In this document: one piece after another, positions 54,569 to 64,000 of the stretch
Position numbering within the stretch: position 1 is the stretch's first letter
How the letters are laid out: each line of letters begins with the position of its first letter
Assembly: GCA_016934855.1 (NCBI GenBank)
Contig: JAFGSA010000052.1
Span: forward strand, 6,220 to 70,219
DNA length: 64,000 bases
Reading direction: 5' to 3'
Source: Elusimicrobiota bacterium
Lineage (GTDB): Bacteria; CG03; SLGR01; JAFGSA01
Position numbers and translations under genes: made by a program
Notes under the pieces: generated by a model
The model's database searches: none
What the model saw: only the letters and a program-made list of their open reading frames with translations
What the model was told of the DNA's origin: nothing

Positions 54569-55930
54569 CTACCTGGCGCCGGAGTTAATGTATTTCAAGC
54601 GGCCCTTACCCGCGAATTCCCCGCTGATAATGGTATCGGCGATATTCTCCGCCAGCATCCTGTTACCTTCCTGCGTGCAATGTCCGAAAAATCCCATAAA
54701 CCTGTCCCTGAAATATCTGTCGTATCCCGAATCCCGAACCGCATCCTTAAATATCGATTCGTTGTCCACAAAAATGACATCTTCGCTGTTATTCAGCAGT
54801 TTTTTTAGAGCATCTACGCTCATCATGGGATACTGGGCACAAACCAGCCTGATTCCTCTTTCCATTGTGATATTCCTTATTTTATTATAGGCGTCCCGGG
54901 TCTCAGGGTTATAATATGTGTTACTCAGGCTGCTGCATATAGAATAAAACTTCTCGGCTTCCGGTTTATTGCCGGTCTTCCGGTATAACCTGGATAAACT
55001 GCCTGAGACATACATGTTTTTCGGATTTATCGCGAACGCTTTTTTGAACATGCCGGCTGCTTTATCAGGCATACCGTTCCATTCATAGCATCGTCCCGCC
55101 TCAATTATCAGGTCTATATTATCAGGATCGACGAGCATGCCCCGCTTCAATATCTCTTCTGCCTTATCATATCTGTTCCGGCCGTAATAACACCAGGCTA
55201 GCTCGATATACGGCCAGGCATCTTCGGGGTCCGCAGAGAGGGCCTTCATTGTTATTTCCTCAGCTTTAGCGTATTCATTTCTCGCCCGGTAGTACTCGCT
55301 TAATATTATGTATGACCGGATTACACCGGGGTCTTTCTGAATAGCCTCTTTATACGCAGCTTCTGCTTTGTCGTAATCCTGCTGGTCTTCATACCAGCGC
55401 CCGGACCTGATGTCTTCCGTATAAGGCTCCGGTTGCCCCATACCGGGAAATATACTGAGTTTAATCAGCCGTAACAGCTTGAGGATCCGAAGAGAATTAA
55501 GAAAATACGCAGTGTTTTTATCCCTGACGAGCCGGACCAGAGGCAGTATTGTATTTGAAGGATCGTTGTTTATCCCTATCATGGCTATAATCATATTAGG
55601 CTTGTATTTTTCGATGTTCTTTTCAAGACATTCAATTATAATATCTGTCGTGGCGCCTGCCATGCCTTCATCTATGACGCTGAATTTAATACCTGCGCCT
55701 CTCTGGTTGAGTATTTTCTCGAGCGGTCCAGGCCACTGTCCGTCAGTCATGGATTCTCCGAGGCACAGTATCCTGTATTCGCCCGTTTTTCTGACAGACA
55801 GCCTGTTTCTGTATTCTTTGACGGACAGGTACGCGGATCCTGCTATACGCAGTGACGCCTCCAGCAGCACCAGCGCGAGAAGAAATCCCGCGATTATCAA
55901 TGGCAGCCTTTTTAAAAGTATCTTGATCAT
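54569..55930 (-). CDS. TPR-repeat protein inserted within an SGNH/GDSL-hydrolase-like fold
   Basis: An N-terminal TM segment and LCLGESMTDG (GDS-like block I), central TPR repeats, and C-terminal SGNH-like blocks. Confidence 0.55.
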   Translation of the reverse strand: MIKILLKRLPLIIAGFLLALVLLEASLRIAGSAYLSVKEYRNRLSVRKTGEYRILCLGESMTDGQWPGPLEKILNQRGAGIKFSVIDEGMAGATTDIIIECLEKNIEKYKPNMIIAMIGINNDPSNTILPLVRLVRDKNTAYFLNSLRILKLLRLIKLSIFPGMGQPEPYTEDIRSGRWYEDQQDYDKAEAAYKEAIQKDPGVIRSYIILSEYYRARNEYAKAEEITMKALSADPEDAWPYIELAWCYYGRNRYDKAEEILKRGMLVDPDNIDLIIEAGRCYEWNGMPDKAAGMFKKAFAINPKNMYVSGSLSRLYRKTGNKPEAEKFYSICSSLSNTYYNPETRDAYNKIRNITMERGIRLVCAQYPMMSVDALKKLLNNSEDVIFVDNESIFKDAVRDSGYDRYFRDRFMGFFGHCTQEGNRMLAENIADTIISGEFAGKGRLKYINSGAR

Positions 55931-55971
55931 TTCTTACAGTCCGGGCAAAACCTCAGTGACCGTAAAATTTC

Positions 55972-56880
55972 TTACTCCGAAACCGGATCGTTCGGATTTA
56001 TATAAAGAAGATGCCCTCCGGTCGTAAGGGTTATGCGGCATTGCTTAGTGACAGCCACTCCGGGATCGATCGCCGACAATACGGCGGTATCCATAGTGCC
56101 GGACTGTTCCGTTATAAGTACCGTGGCCCTCAGTCTCCCGGAATATTTTTCAATAACGGCGCTGACTTCTTCCTTGGGCATATCAGGAAGGATTATAAAC
56201 CCGAAATCCAGGTACTGCAGCCTGAGGATGACGTATTTTCTGCTCACGGCCTCTGTACCTACCGACGTCATTTTTACGGCCGAAACCGTCTGAAGAAGGT
56301 CTATCTCTTTATCGGGCCCGAGCTTCAGATGCCTTACGCCTTCCGGCACCCGGTATTCCGGGTTTACAGGCGTTATAATCTCCCTTACATTGAACTGCCC
56401 GGCAACTGAGCCTAACGCTTCGGCATCCGAAACCGAAGCCCGGCACACCACGAGCCAGTCGATCCTGGGCTTCCACCCCATCATCTTCATCAGGTAGGCC
56501 TCTTTCTTTTTCTTAATCATCATACTTTCCAGGACTTCCGCCAGTTTTCCGCCGTCGATATGCTCTGCGAGTATTATAAGCATCTTGCCTCCGTCCGGGA
56601 AATCAAGATACAGCGTAACGTCATCAACCGGAAGCACCTTTATCCTGAGCAGTGCGATGTCCATCTCAAAAAGGTCTTCGTAGTTTCCGGCCGGAACATC
56701 CCTGTCCAGATCCACATAGATCATGCTGTCCGGGATGTTCTCGTTCTCAAGCCGGAATACCCTGTCCGTGTTCACATAGAACGTCCCGTCCCTGATGCTG
56801 ACCTTTTCCAGTCCGCCGGCACGGGAAATACCGGCCGGAAGGGATAAAAGAAGAACCGGTAGGATTAGCCGCCTGATCAT
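55972..56880 (-). CDS. secreted hypothetical protein
   Basis: Signal peptide; no recognisable domain. Confidence 0.45.
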   Translation of the reverse strand: MIRRLILPVLLLSLPAGISRAGGLEKVSIRDGTFYVNTDRVFRLENENIPDSMIYVDLDRDVPAGNYEDLFEMDIALLRIKVLPVDDVTLYLDFPDGGKMLIILAEHIDGGKLAEVLESMMIKKKKEAYLMKMMGWKPRIDWLVVCRASVSDAEALGSVAGQFNVREIITPVNPEYRVPEGVRHLKLGPDKEIDLLQTVSAVKMTSVGTEAVSRKYVILRLQYLDFGFIILPDMPKEEVSAVIEKYSGRLRATVLITEQSGTMDTAVLSAIDPGVAVTKQCRITLTTGGHLLYINPNDPVSE

Positions 56881-57371
56881 TTCTGGGTAGTCTTCTGTAT
56901 GAATTTATTGAGTATTTCTATAAGGCTCTTCAGCTCGTCACGGGAACGTGTCTTTATCGGCGTATATGCGTTGGTCTCAAGCATCTCATTCAAAAGAGTC
57001 TCTATTCTGTATATGGGGCCCGCGATACGGTGGGAAAGATGAAAACTGAGTATGCCGCCGATTACGACCGAGACCAGAGTAACCCCCATAAACAGAAAAC
57101 CTATCCAGTAATTCACTTCCGCCAGCTGTCTCTCGGCAAACCGACCGAGGTCTACAGCGTTTAAAACGATATGCATGGCGCTGTAGTAGCCGATTATCGA
57201 GAAGAATATCGTTATAACGACAGTCACTATCGTCAGTCTGAATATCTTGAACTGCAGGGCTCTCATCTTGCCCGGCACTATCTTTATGTGTTTTTCCCGC
57301 CTGTCTTTATCTGCGCTGAATTCATTGTTCATTACGTTTACCTCCGGTTTTTCCGTAAACTGCCGCTTCAT
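56877..57371 (-). CDS. hypothetical membrane protein (two TM segments with a HAMP-like segment)
   Basis: Two TM helices flanking a short loop, then an amphipathic HAMP-like helix. Confidence 0.45.
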   Translation of the reverse strand: MKRQFTEKPEVNVMNNEFSADKDRREKHIKIVPGKMRALQFKIFRLTIVTVVITIFFSIIGYYSAMHIVLNAVDLGRFAERQLAEVNYWIGFLFMGVTLVSVVIGGILSFHLSHRIAGPIYRIETLLNEMLETNAYTPIKTRSRDELKSLIEILNKFIQKTTQK

Positions 57372-57882
57372 GCAGTTTTCTTATCTTTTCGATGACTTTT
57401 GTTTCAAGGCCGTCCCTGTTGGCCGGCAGAACCTCTATAATCTCCATATCATCCCTCTTTTTTATATTTTCTATGAACCCTCCTCCGCCCAGGGTTATCG
57501 TGCCGATTACGATATTGGGCGAATCAAGGGCGTCGACCGCGGCCTTTCTGAATCTTTCCGAAAAACATTCCATTTTGCCTATCTCGTCAAGCACTATGAT
57601 CTTATTGCCGGAAGGGGAAATGGAATCTACGGCTATGTTTTCTATGTTTTCGATGCTGACGCCGTATCTTCTTATGCGGCAGCCAGATACAATATCCCGG
57701 TGAGCGAGATAGGCAGTCCTGCCGTCGATGGTCTTCATCATAAATCCTGCCCTCCTGTCTCCGATTCTCTCTTCCTCGGTATAAAACCCGCCGCACGGCA
57801 GTCCCAGCCCGTTTATTATCTTTTTTATGAGAGTGGTCTTGCCCGAAGACGGTGCGCCGGTCAGAAAGATATTTTTCTTCAT
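57322..57882 (-). CDS. THEP1-type nucleoside-triphosphatase (NTPase, PF03266)
   Basis: MKKNIFLTGAPSSGKTT Walker A plus VLDEIGKME Walker B, the small NTPase_1 architecture. The likely start is 57882 rather than 57918. Confidence 0.7.
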   Translation of the reverse strand: MKKNIFLTGAPSSGKTTLIKKIINGLGLPCGGFYTEEERIGDRRAGFMMKTIDGRTAYLAHRDIVSGCRIRRYGVSIENIENIAVDSISPSGNKIIVLDEIGKMECFSERFRKAAVDALDSPNIVIGTITLGGGGFIENIKKRDDMEIIEVLPANRDGLETKVIEKIRKLHEAAVYGKTGGKRNEQ

Positions 57883-57889
57883 GCCGCCG

Positions 57890-58798
57890 TCAGTCCTCTT
57901 CGGGATACTCCCAGTCAAATTCGCATGTCAGTGATCCGTAAACAACATATATCTTTATCTCGCCAGCATCGTCCGAGAGGCTCCTGAACTGCAGGCTCAT
58001 ATGATCCATTATGGGCTTGGGAATCATGCTCTGGTATGCCTCGTACAGCTCATCGCCGGTCGCTGCCTCGACAAACTCTCCTCCCGTATTATAGGCTATA
58101 TGATCCAGGCCGTATGATCCGCCGTAAGATATGGTATTTACCGGCTGGTCGTTATCGTTAGCATATTCGATGACTTCCAGTATGTCATAATCCTCGCTGG
58201 CGCAATCGTAGCCGTCTGACATGGCTATTATTATCCTGTTCCCTCCTATCTTCTGTATGTCATCTATGCCTTTTGCCACAGCGTCATAAAAAGCCGTCGA
58301 CCCCATGTTCGCGGTCCCGCTCTCAATCACTTTTGTCAGCTTATCCGTGTCGTTGGTAAAACTCTGCGAAACTTCTATCTCGTCCCCGAACTCTATGATC
58401 TCGACGAAATCCTTTTCCGTGAGCGAATCCACGAAAGCGGAAGCAGCTTCGTTGAGGTCATCCGTAGGGCCGCCGCTCATGCTGCCGCTCCTGTCCAGTA
58501 TCAGTACAATAGCCAGCGGAGCATAGGCCTTTTCTATGTCCAGCGGCACAACCGGCTTGGAATCTTCTGTTACATTGACATTCCCCAGCTTGAGGTCGGT
58601 AATCGCGTTTTCATTGTTATCAATCAGTTTGAAATAGGCAAAAGAATAAGGGAATTCGCCTTTGTCTACTATCGCTATAACCCCGTCTATCGAAGTTATT
58701 CCGCCGTCCGGCTCCGATGCCGGCCCTCTCCTGCTCCTGTCACAAGCCGCGGAGAACATTACCACAATAAGAAGGATAAATACGTTATTCCTTCTCAT
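57890..58798 (-). CDS. von Willebrand factor A (vWA) domain lipoprotein
   Basis: Lipobox (FSAAC) and a vWA MIDAS motif (DRSGSMSG). Confidence 0.75.
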   Translation of the reverse strand: MRRNNVFILLIVVMFSAACDRSRRGPASEPDGGITSIDGVIAIVDKGEFPYSFAYFKLIDNNENAITDLKLGNVNVTEDSKPVVPLDIEKAYAPLAIVLILDRSGSMSGGPTDDLNEAASAFVDSLTEKDFVEIIEFGDEIEVSQSFTNDTDKLTKVIESGTANMGSTAFYDAVAKGIDDIQKIGGNRIIIAMSDGYDCASEDYDILEVIEYANDNDQPVNTISYGGSYGLDHIAYNTGGEFVEAATGDELYEAYQSMIPKPIMDHMSLQFRSLSDDAGEIKIYVVYGSLTCEFDWEYPEED

Positions 58799-59474
58799 CG
58801 GTTTTTTCGCTCCTGCGGCGCCGGGAAGGCCTGTAAGAATATCCCCCCTTCTGCTTCATCAGAGCCAGGTTCAGATAATAGCCCAGATTAGTGGACAGGT
58901 TGAATCCTGAGACAAACATCCCGTGGCCTTTTATCTCGGGTATCAGGACAACGCTTCTAAGCAGGTTTATTTCCAGCCCGAGGCTCAGGTTGCCTCCGAA
59001 GTAAGTATTGAACCTGGAGCTTTCCACCAGCTCGGTATCGAGCCTTACAGAATTGAAGTATAATCCGAGCCCTACACCGGCAAAGGGATAAAAAGTCCTG
59101 CTCTTTATGCTGACAATATATAAGAATGCCCCAGTCAGTCCAAACAGGTCCTCAGTAACGCCGTACGTGTCCTCTGGAACATTGAGCATAAGATAATCGA
59201 ATGCAACGCGGTAATTGATTCTTTCCCGCTCGAAGTTAAGTTCCCTGACGATATCAAGGTTTATAGAGAAGTTAGCGTTATCTACGTATCCTCTATATCC
59301 TCTTTTGGGGGTGTTGTATGCGGCTCCCATACTGAACCTGTACCTGTTTTTCATATCCCCTCCGCCTAAAGACAGTTTCGGCAGATCTCCCACCCCGGCC
59401 GCGGAATTCGAATATAGTACAGAGATGATAACAAGAAGTGCGTATGCTTTTCTCATTTGAAGATTTTTTACCAT
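58785..59474 (-). CDS. outer-membrane beta-barrel protein (OmpW/OmpA-like small porin family)
   Basis: Signal peptide, alternating-hydrophobic beta strands, and an aromatic C-terminal barrel signature before a basic tail. Confidence 0.55.
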   Translation of the reverse strand: MVKNLQMRKAYALLVIISVLYSNSAAGVGDLPKLSLGGGDMKNRYRFSMGAAYNTPKRGYRGYVDNANFSINLDIVRELNFERERINYRVAFDYLMLNVPEDTYGVTEDLFGLTGAFLYIVSIKSRTFYPFAGVGLGLYFNSVRLDTELVESSRFNTYFGGNLSLGLEINLLRSVVLIPEIKGHGMFVSGFNLSTNLGYYLNLALMKQKGGYSYRPSRRRRSEKTDEKE

Positions 59475-59485
59475 AAAAGGAAAAA

Positions 59486-59858
59486 GACTGTCAAGTTACG
59501 CGGTATTTTCATCCGGGAAAGCGTTTTTTATAAGGTTAATACCCTCTCTCGATACTTCGACAACGTCGAACCTGACGTCTTTGTCAGTTATCCCGTTCTC
59601 CAGCATATAAAACCGCGCCAGCTTCGAGAGCTTCCGCCTTTTCCTGCTGTCCACTGACTGCGAGGGATATCCGAATGAATTGTCTTTCCTGTATTTGACC
59701 TCTATGAAACAGAGATACCCCCCGTTGTCCGCGATTATGTCTATCTCTCCTATTTTTGAACGCCAGTTCCTGGCCTTTATAGAGTAGTTGTTTCTCCGCA
59801 GCAGCTGTTCCGCGCTGTTCTCGGCTGCCGCCCCCTTTTTCAGATTGTCTTTTTTAAT
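59486..59858 (-). CDS. yraN: YraN/UPF0102-family predicted endonuclease (start codon uncertain)
   Basis: [51 protein letters not shown]...DVRFDVVEV matches YraN. There is no in-frame ATG/GTG/TTG upstream of the conserved core, so I used the ATT at 59856-59858 overlapping the rplS stop. Confidence 0.55.
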
Positions 59859-60189
59859 ATTCTCTTTTTTCCTTGATTCTGGCGGCTTTACCGTAACGTT
59901 TGCGCATGTAATAGAGCTTGGCCCTTCTCACTTTGCCTCTTTTCAATATCTCTACCGAATCTATCAGCGGGGAATGGAGCGAAAAAACCTTCTCCACCCC
60001 TACTCCGAAAGAATATTTTCTTACGGTAAAAGTCTTGTTCAGCCCTTCTCCCTTAATACCTATCACCAGCCCTTCGAAGCTCTGAATCCGCTTTTTATCT
60101 TCGCCGGACCTCATATTCACCCTTACATCGTCGCCCGGCTTGAAATCCTGCATATCTTTTCTCAACTGCTTATCTATCATCTCTATCAT
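59854..60189 (-). CDS. rplS: 50S ribosomal protein L19
   Basis: 111 aa with the conserved L19 core. Confidence 0.93.
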   Translation of the reverse strand: MIEMIDKQLRKDMQDFKPGDDVRVNMRSGEDKKRIQSFEGLVIGIKGEGLNKTFTVRKYSFGVGVEKVFSLHSPLIDSVEILKRGKVRRAKLYYMRKRYGKAARIKEKREY

Positions 60190-60805
60190 TTTTTGCCTCC
60201 TGATCCCTGAATTCTTCTATTTTTTTATGGTCTCCGGATAAAAGCACCCGGGGTACCTCGAGATTTCTGAACTGCCTGGGCCTGGTATAGACAGGATATC
60301 CCCTGTCTTCGCCCAGAGAACCCTCATCGCCCAATACCCCCGGGATGAGCCTGACAACGGCTTCCGCGAGCATAAGCGAGGGGAGTTCCCCTCCGGATAC
60401 TATAAAATCACCTACCGACATCACCCTGTCCACAAAATTCGTTACCCGGTGATCTATTCCAGTATACCTTCCGCTTATCAGAGTGATATCATTTCCCGAG
60501 AGTTCTTCAGCCACTGACTGGTCGAACTTCTCACCGGAAGGTGACATCAGTATCCTTATACCCGGCTCTTTCACGCTCTCGAGCGCCTTCACGACCACCG
60601 GCGCCATCATTACCATACCCGGCCCCCCGCCGTAGGGTATATCATCGACTTTTCTGTGCTTGTCTTCAGAAAAATCCCTTATATCTACGACATTATATTT
60701 AACTATTTCCTTCTTTTCCGCCCGGTTCAGTATTCCTACATCCAGGTAGGATCTTATCTGTGCGGGAAATATAGTCAAAAAATTAATACCGATAGCCCTT
60801 TTCAT
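60170..60805 (-). CDS. trmD: tRNA (guanine37-N1)-methyltransferase
   Basis: SPOUT knot motifs ([12 protein letters not shown]... and [12 protein letters not shown]). Confidence 0.92.
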   Translation of the reverse strand: MKRAIGINFLTIFPAQIRSYLDVGILNRAEKKEIVKYNVVDIRDFSEDKHRKVDDIPYGGGPGMVMMAPVVVKALESVKEPGIRILMSPSGEKFDQSVAEELSGNDITLISGRYTGIDHRVTNFVDRVMSVGDFIVSGGELPSLMLAEAVVRLIPGVLGDEGSLGEDRGYPVYTRPRQFRNLEVPRVLLSGDHKKIEEFRDQEAKNDRDDR

Positions 60806-60911
60806 AAAAAAACCCCTTTCTCTGACAGATTCCCGGTTTATCCTGAACTGGCTTTTGCTGCCAGGGGAATCAGAGGAAGGGGCAAATATTATATATGAAT
60901 CCCGCCGAGAA

Positions 60912-61148
60912 TTAAGGCTCTACTATCTCAACGGAAACTCTTTTTCCTTTTCTCACCGCTGCTGCGTTTACCAAAGTCCTGACAGCTTTTATAGTTCTGC
61001 CTTTCTTTCCTATGACCTTTCCGATATCTTCCGCATTAGTGCTGATCTCGATGATAGTTGTCTGCTCACCTTCGACCTCTCTGGCATTTACTTCATCTGG
61101 ATGATCGACTATATTCTTCACTATCTCAATAACCAGGTCTTTCATCAT
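60912..61148 (-). CDS. KH-domain RNA-binding protein (YlqC/UPF0109 family)
   Basis: 78 aa with a GKVIGKKGRTIKAVR KH GXXG loop, in its usual position after rpsP. Confidence 0.85.
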   Translation of the reverse strand: MMKDLVIEIVKNIVDHPDEVNAREVEGEQTTIIEISTNAEDIGKVIGKKGRTIKAVRTLVNAAAVRKGKRVSVEIVEP

Positions 61149-61642
61149 TCCTCCTTATCCAGCATGTTGTCCGGTTCAGATCCTTTGTCTTTTCCGAGCC
61201 CGTTACCATCATTATCTGGATTTTCCTGAGTATTGTTTTCCGGTTTCCCTTCGGATTGAGGTTTTTCAGCGTTTTCCTTTATCTGTTGAGTCTCTGCAGA
61301 CCCCTTATCCGGTTCTGCAGCATTATCTTCCTTTTCGCTTTTCTTTTCTTCCGCTTTTGCGGAAAGCCTGGCCAGTTTTTTTACCCTGCTGTCCCTTTTT
61401 GCCGGATTTTTAAGATTATCCACAAGGGACTTCACGGTCCCAGAGAGCTGTGCTCCTTTTCCGAGCCAGTATTCAACCTTTTCCATATTCAGCGAAGCGT
61501 TGGGAAACTCGTCCTGGGGGTGATAGTGCCCTATATTATCCAGGAACTTGCCGTCCCTTTTGTCTCTCGAGTCTACGGCAACCACCCTGTAGTGAGGATC
61601 CTTGTGTCTTCCAGTTCTTTTTAATCTTATTTTTACAACCAT
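61145..61642 (-). CDS. rpsP: 30S ribosomal protein S16 with a roughly 80 aa low-complexity C-terminal tail
   Basis: MVVKIRLKRTGRHKDPHYRVVAVDSR core, then a K/E/N/D-rich extension. Confidence 0.9.
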   Translation of the reverse strand: MVVKIRLKRTGRHKDPHYRVVAVDSRDKRDGKFLDNIGHYHPQDEFPNASLNMEKVEYWLGKGAQLSGTVKSLVDNLKNPAKRDSRVKKLARLSAKAEEKKSEKEDNAAEPDKGSAETQQIKENAEKPQSEGKPENNTQENPDNDGNGLGKDKGSEPDNMLDKEE

Positions 61643-61674
61643 ATTGGGCTATTTTAATTATTATATATTAATTG

Positions 61675-62385
61675 TCAAGCTTTTCCCGGCGGGGCCTTTT
61701 TTACCCTGCGGGAAACCATTATCCCTATCTCATATAACAGCAGTATCGGCAATGCCAGCGCTATCTGGGTAAACACGTCAGGCGGGGTAAGCAGCGCCGC
61801 CAGTATGAAGACCGCTACTATGGCGTACCTTCTTTTGGCCGCAAACTCTTCCCTGCTTATTATGCCGGCCGCGCTGATAAACCTCATTATGACAGGTATC
61901 TGGAACGCGGCTCCGAACACGACCGTGAGCAGGATAAAGAAATTCACGTATTTCTCAACGGATATCATGGGGATGAGATAACCCCCGCCTATGCCCGTGA
62001 GGAACCTCAGGCCGTAGGGGAGCACCAGCATGTAAGCGAATATAACACCGCAGGCGAATAATAGAAGTGTCGCGGGAAGATATGTCAATACGAGCTTTTT
62101 CTCGCTCTTTTTCAGTGCCTGCCCTACGAATTTCCAGAAATTAAACAGTATGACGGGGGCGGAAAAAAGAACGCCCGAAAGGAAAGAGACTTTAAGAGAT
62201 ACTATAAATGCTTCCTGCGGAGCTATGAAGACCAGGGGTTTACCCAGCGGCCCGCATATGAGTTTAAGTATCTTTTCGTTGAAAACGTAAGAGACCGCCG
62301 CTAATATAAACACGCTCAGCAGGGAATACAGTATCCTGAGGCGCAGTTCTTCCAGGTGAGAAATAAAAGACCGGTTTCCGCTCAA
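61675..62385 (-). CDS. tatC: twin-arginine translocase subunit TatC
   Basis: 6-TM TatC topology with the conserved N-terminal LRxRL region. Confidence 0.9.
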   Translation of the reverse strand: MSGNRSFISHLEELRLRILYSLLSVFILAAVSYVFNEKILKLICGPLGKPLVFIAPQEAFIVSLKVSFLSGVLFSAPVILFNFWKFVGQALKKSEKKLVLTYLPATLLLFACGVIFAYMLVLPYGLRFLTGIGGGYLIPMISVEKYVNFFILLTVVFGAAFQIPVIMRFISAAGIISREEFAAKRRYAIVAVFILAALLTPPDVFTQIALALPILLLYEIGIMVSRRVKKAPPGKA

Positions 62386-62398
62386 TTATTATTCTTCT

Positions 62399-62578
62399 CT
62401 ACTTGTGCTCCTCTTCTTCGCGGCTGTCATGCGTATTTTCCTCATCCGGAGAAGGGTTTCTAAACTCCCTTATTGCTCTTCCGAGAGCCCTGGCTATTCC
62501 CGGAAGCCTTTTTGCGCCGAAGAGCAGAAAGATTATTACCAGTATTACCAGGAGCTCCGGCATGCCGAGGCCGAACAT
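62399..62578 (-). CDS. tatA: twin-arginine translocase subunit TatA/E (59 aa, below the ORF-track cutoff)
   Basis: The reverse strand gives MFGLGMPELLVILVIIFLLFGAKRLPGIARALGRAIREFRNPSPDEENTHDSREEEEHK, with the TatA TM helix, FG hinge and amphipathic helix. Its ATG overlaps the upstream TAA by 1 nt (TAATG). Confidence 0.8.
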   Translation of the reverse strand: MFGLGMPELLVILVIIFLLFGAKRLPGIARALGRAIREFRNPSPDEENTHDSREEEEHK

Positions 62579-62802
62579 TACACGGCCTCTACTGCTTTTA
62601 CTTCCGGCAGTTCGCTTTTAAGCATCCTCTCCACCCCTTCTTTAAGGGTCATCTGCGACATGGGGCAGCCCGAGCAGGCGCCCGTAAGGCTGACCTTGAC
62701 TATGCCGTCGTCCGTCACTTCTCTAAGTTCGATGTCTCCGCCGTCCGCCTGCAAAGCAGGCCTTATTTTCTCGAGCGCTTTCCTTACTTTTTCCTTATCC
62801 AT
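62578..62802 (-). CDS. NifU-like (Nfu C-terminal) Fe-S cluster domain protein
   Basis: 74 aa with GGDIEL...GACSGCPMS, the Nfu CxxC motif. Confidence 0.8.
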   Translation of the reverse strand: MDKEKVRKALEKIRPALQADGGDIELREVTDDGIVKVSLTGACSGCPMSQMTLKEGVERMLKSELPEVKAVEAV

Positions 62803-62831
62803 TTTATTTCTCCTTTATACCGGTACTTATA

Positions 62832-63737
62832 TCAACGCCTCCGGGACAGGTACTCTATCGCGTTCAGCACGGCCTTCGCTCCCTCACCGGCCGCTATTAT
62901 CACCTGTTTTCTCGTAATATCGGTGACGTCTCCTGCCGCGAAAATACCCTCCCTGCTGGTACGGTTGTCTTTATCTATTTTTATCTCGCCTTTCCCGTTC
63001 TTGTCTACGAAACCTATGAAATCCGAAGACGGAACACGTCCTATCTCTATGAATATCCCCTGAACGGCTATATCCCTGGCTGCACTGCCCTCTTTTAACT
63101 TCACCGAGCGGACCATACTATCCCCGGCTATCTCGGTCACATCTGTGTTTTTTATCCATTCAAGCCTGTCGGAAGCCAGGACGCTTCTCTTGAGCATCTC
63201 GTCACCCTTTATTGAATCCCCGTCGGTCAGAAGATAGACCTTGGAGGCTATATTAACAAGCTGCCTTGCCGTGTCCATGGCGGAACTGCCGCTGCCTACT
63301 ACGGCCACATCCTTCCCCGCAAAAACCGGGGCGTCGCATACGGCGCAGTAAGCCACCCCCCTGTTCAAAAATTCCTTTTCTCCCCGCACCCCCAGTCTCC
63401 TGGGTACGGCTCCGGTAGCGACCAGAACGGTTTTTGCGCTGCAGCACTCGCCGTCCGAAGAACGTATTCTGAACCCTTCCTTTTCTTCCCTTATCTCTTC
63501 AACTCTTATACTCTCCTTGAGATCGACGCCGTATTCGCTTACGTGTTTTTCGAATTTACCCACGAGTTCCTCTCCGGTCGTCATCTGAAAACCCGTATAA
63601 TTCTCTATAAGGGAGGACAGCACAGCCTGCCCTCCTACGCTTTCAGTTATTATCCTGAAATCTATCTTCTGCCTGCAGGCGTATACGGCAGCGGTAAGCC
63701 CGGCAGGCCCTCCTCCTACTATGATAAGGTCTTTCAC
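62832..63737 (-). CDS. trxB: thioredoxin-disulfide reductase
   Basis: FAD GGGPAG motif, the redox CAVC motif, and the NADPH GSGSSAMD motif. Confidence 0.92.
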   Translation of the reverse strand: MKDLIIVGGGPAGLTAAVYACRQKIDFRIITESVGGQAVLSSLIENYTGFQMTTGEELVGKFEKHVSEYGVDLKESIRVEEIREEKEGFRIRSSDGECCSAKTVLVATGAVPRRLGVRGEKEFLNRGVAYCAVCDAPVFAGKDVAVVGSGSSAMDTARQLVNIASKVYLLTDGDSIKGDEMLKRSVLASDRLEWIKNTDVTEIAGDSMVRSVKLKEGSAARDIAVQGIFIEIGRVPSSDFIGFVDKNGKGEIKIDKDNRTSREGIFAAGDVTDITRKQVIIAAGEGAKAVLNAIEYLSRRR

Positions 63738-63967
63738 CGGATATTTAGCAGCTCCTCAAGCCTTTTCCTGTTGAAACCCACTATAACTTCTCCGTCGATT
63801 ATTATTACCGGCACCCCCATCTGACCGCTTTTATCTATCATCTCCTGTGCAGCCTCCCGGCTGGAGGATACATCGATATTTTTATAGCTTACATTATTCT
63901 CGTCCAGAAAAGCCTTTGCTTTGCGGCAGTACGGGCATGTAGGCGTAGTATAAACGTGTATATCCAT
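63734..63967 (-). CDS. glutaredoxin/NrdH-like small redoxin
   Basis: 77 aa with a TPTCPYCRKAK CPYC active site. Confidence 0.85.
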   Translation of the reverse strand: MDIHVYTTPTCPYCRKAKAFLDENNVSYKNIDVSSSREAAQEMIDKSGQMGVPVIIIDGEVIVGFNRKRLEELLNIR

Positions 63968-64000
63968 ATTTTGAATCTCCTTTTTCAGATTATGTTATCA

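Noticed and set aside
1-64000. CRISPR arrays, tRNA/rRNA genes, transposases/integrases indicating a mobile element
   Set aside because: No direct-repeat/spacer periodicity, no cloverleaf-compatible segments in intergenic gaps, and no transposase-like ORFs were found. XerC/D is the chromosomal dimer-resolution recombinase, not an integrase island marker.

Overview
The window is a 64 kb chromosomal segment from an uncultivated-type diderm bacterium (moderate GC, mostly minus-strand genes). Its centrepiece, at about 5.3-15.6 kb, is a roughly 10 kb bacterial microcompartment (BMC, metabolosome) locus on the minus strand. It encodes 2 BMC-H, 1 tandem BMC-T and 3 BMC-P shell proteins, a CoA-acylating aldehyde dehydrogenase, a PduL phosphotransacylase and a PduS-like Fe-S flavoenzyme. 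It also encodes a deoxyribose-phosphate aldolase (DeoC) fused to a flavoprotein-like domain, two tandem RpiB/LacAB-family sugar-phosphate isomerases and a triosephosphate isomerase with an N-terminal extension. This is the 'sugar-phosphate utilising' (SPU) architecture, known only from comparative genomics and, to my knowledge, never characterised experimentally. Directly downstream in the same orientation are a cyclodeaminase-domain protein and an unusual DnaA-like AAA+ protein that lacks the DNA-binding domain IV and instead carries two zinc ribbons plus an unknown C-terminal domain. A response regulator, an aminotransferase and a transketolase follow. Upstream, a GGDEF protein is co-oriented with a BMP-family nucleoside ABC importer and a periplasmic 5'-nucleotidase. 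Elsewhere the window holds a nucleoside phosphorylase, an FdrA/DUF1116/DUF2877 triad and a cyclase. Together these suggest a nucleoside/(deoxy)ribose-phosphate catabolic theme for the compartment. The rest is housekeeping, including rho, coaE, polA, smpB, GldG-type ABC genes, rpe, xerC/D, topA, dprA, yifB, rplS-trmD-rpsP, tatAC, trxB and a glutaredoxin. I found no CRISPR array, tRNA, rRNA or obvious mobile element.
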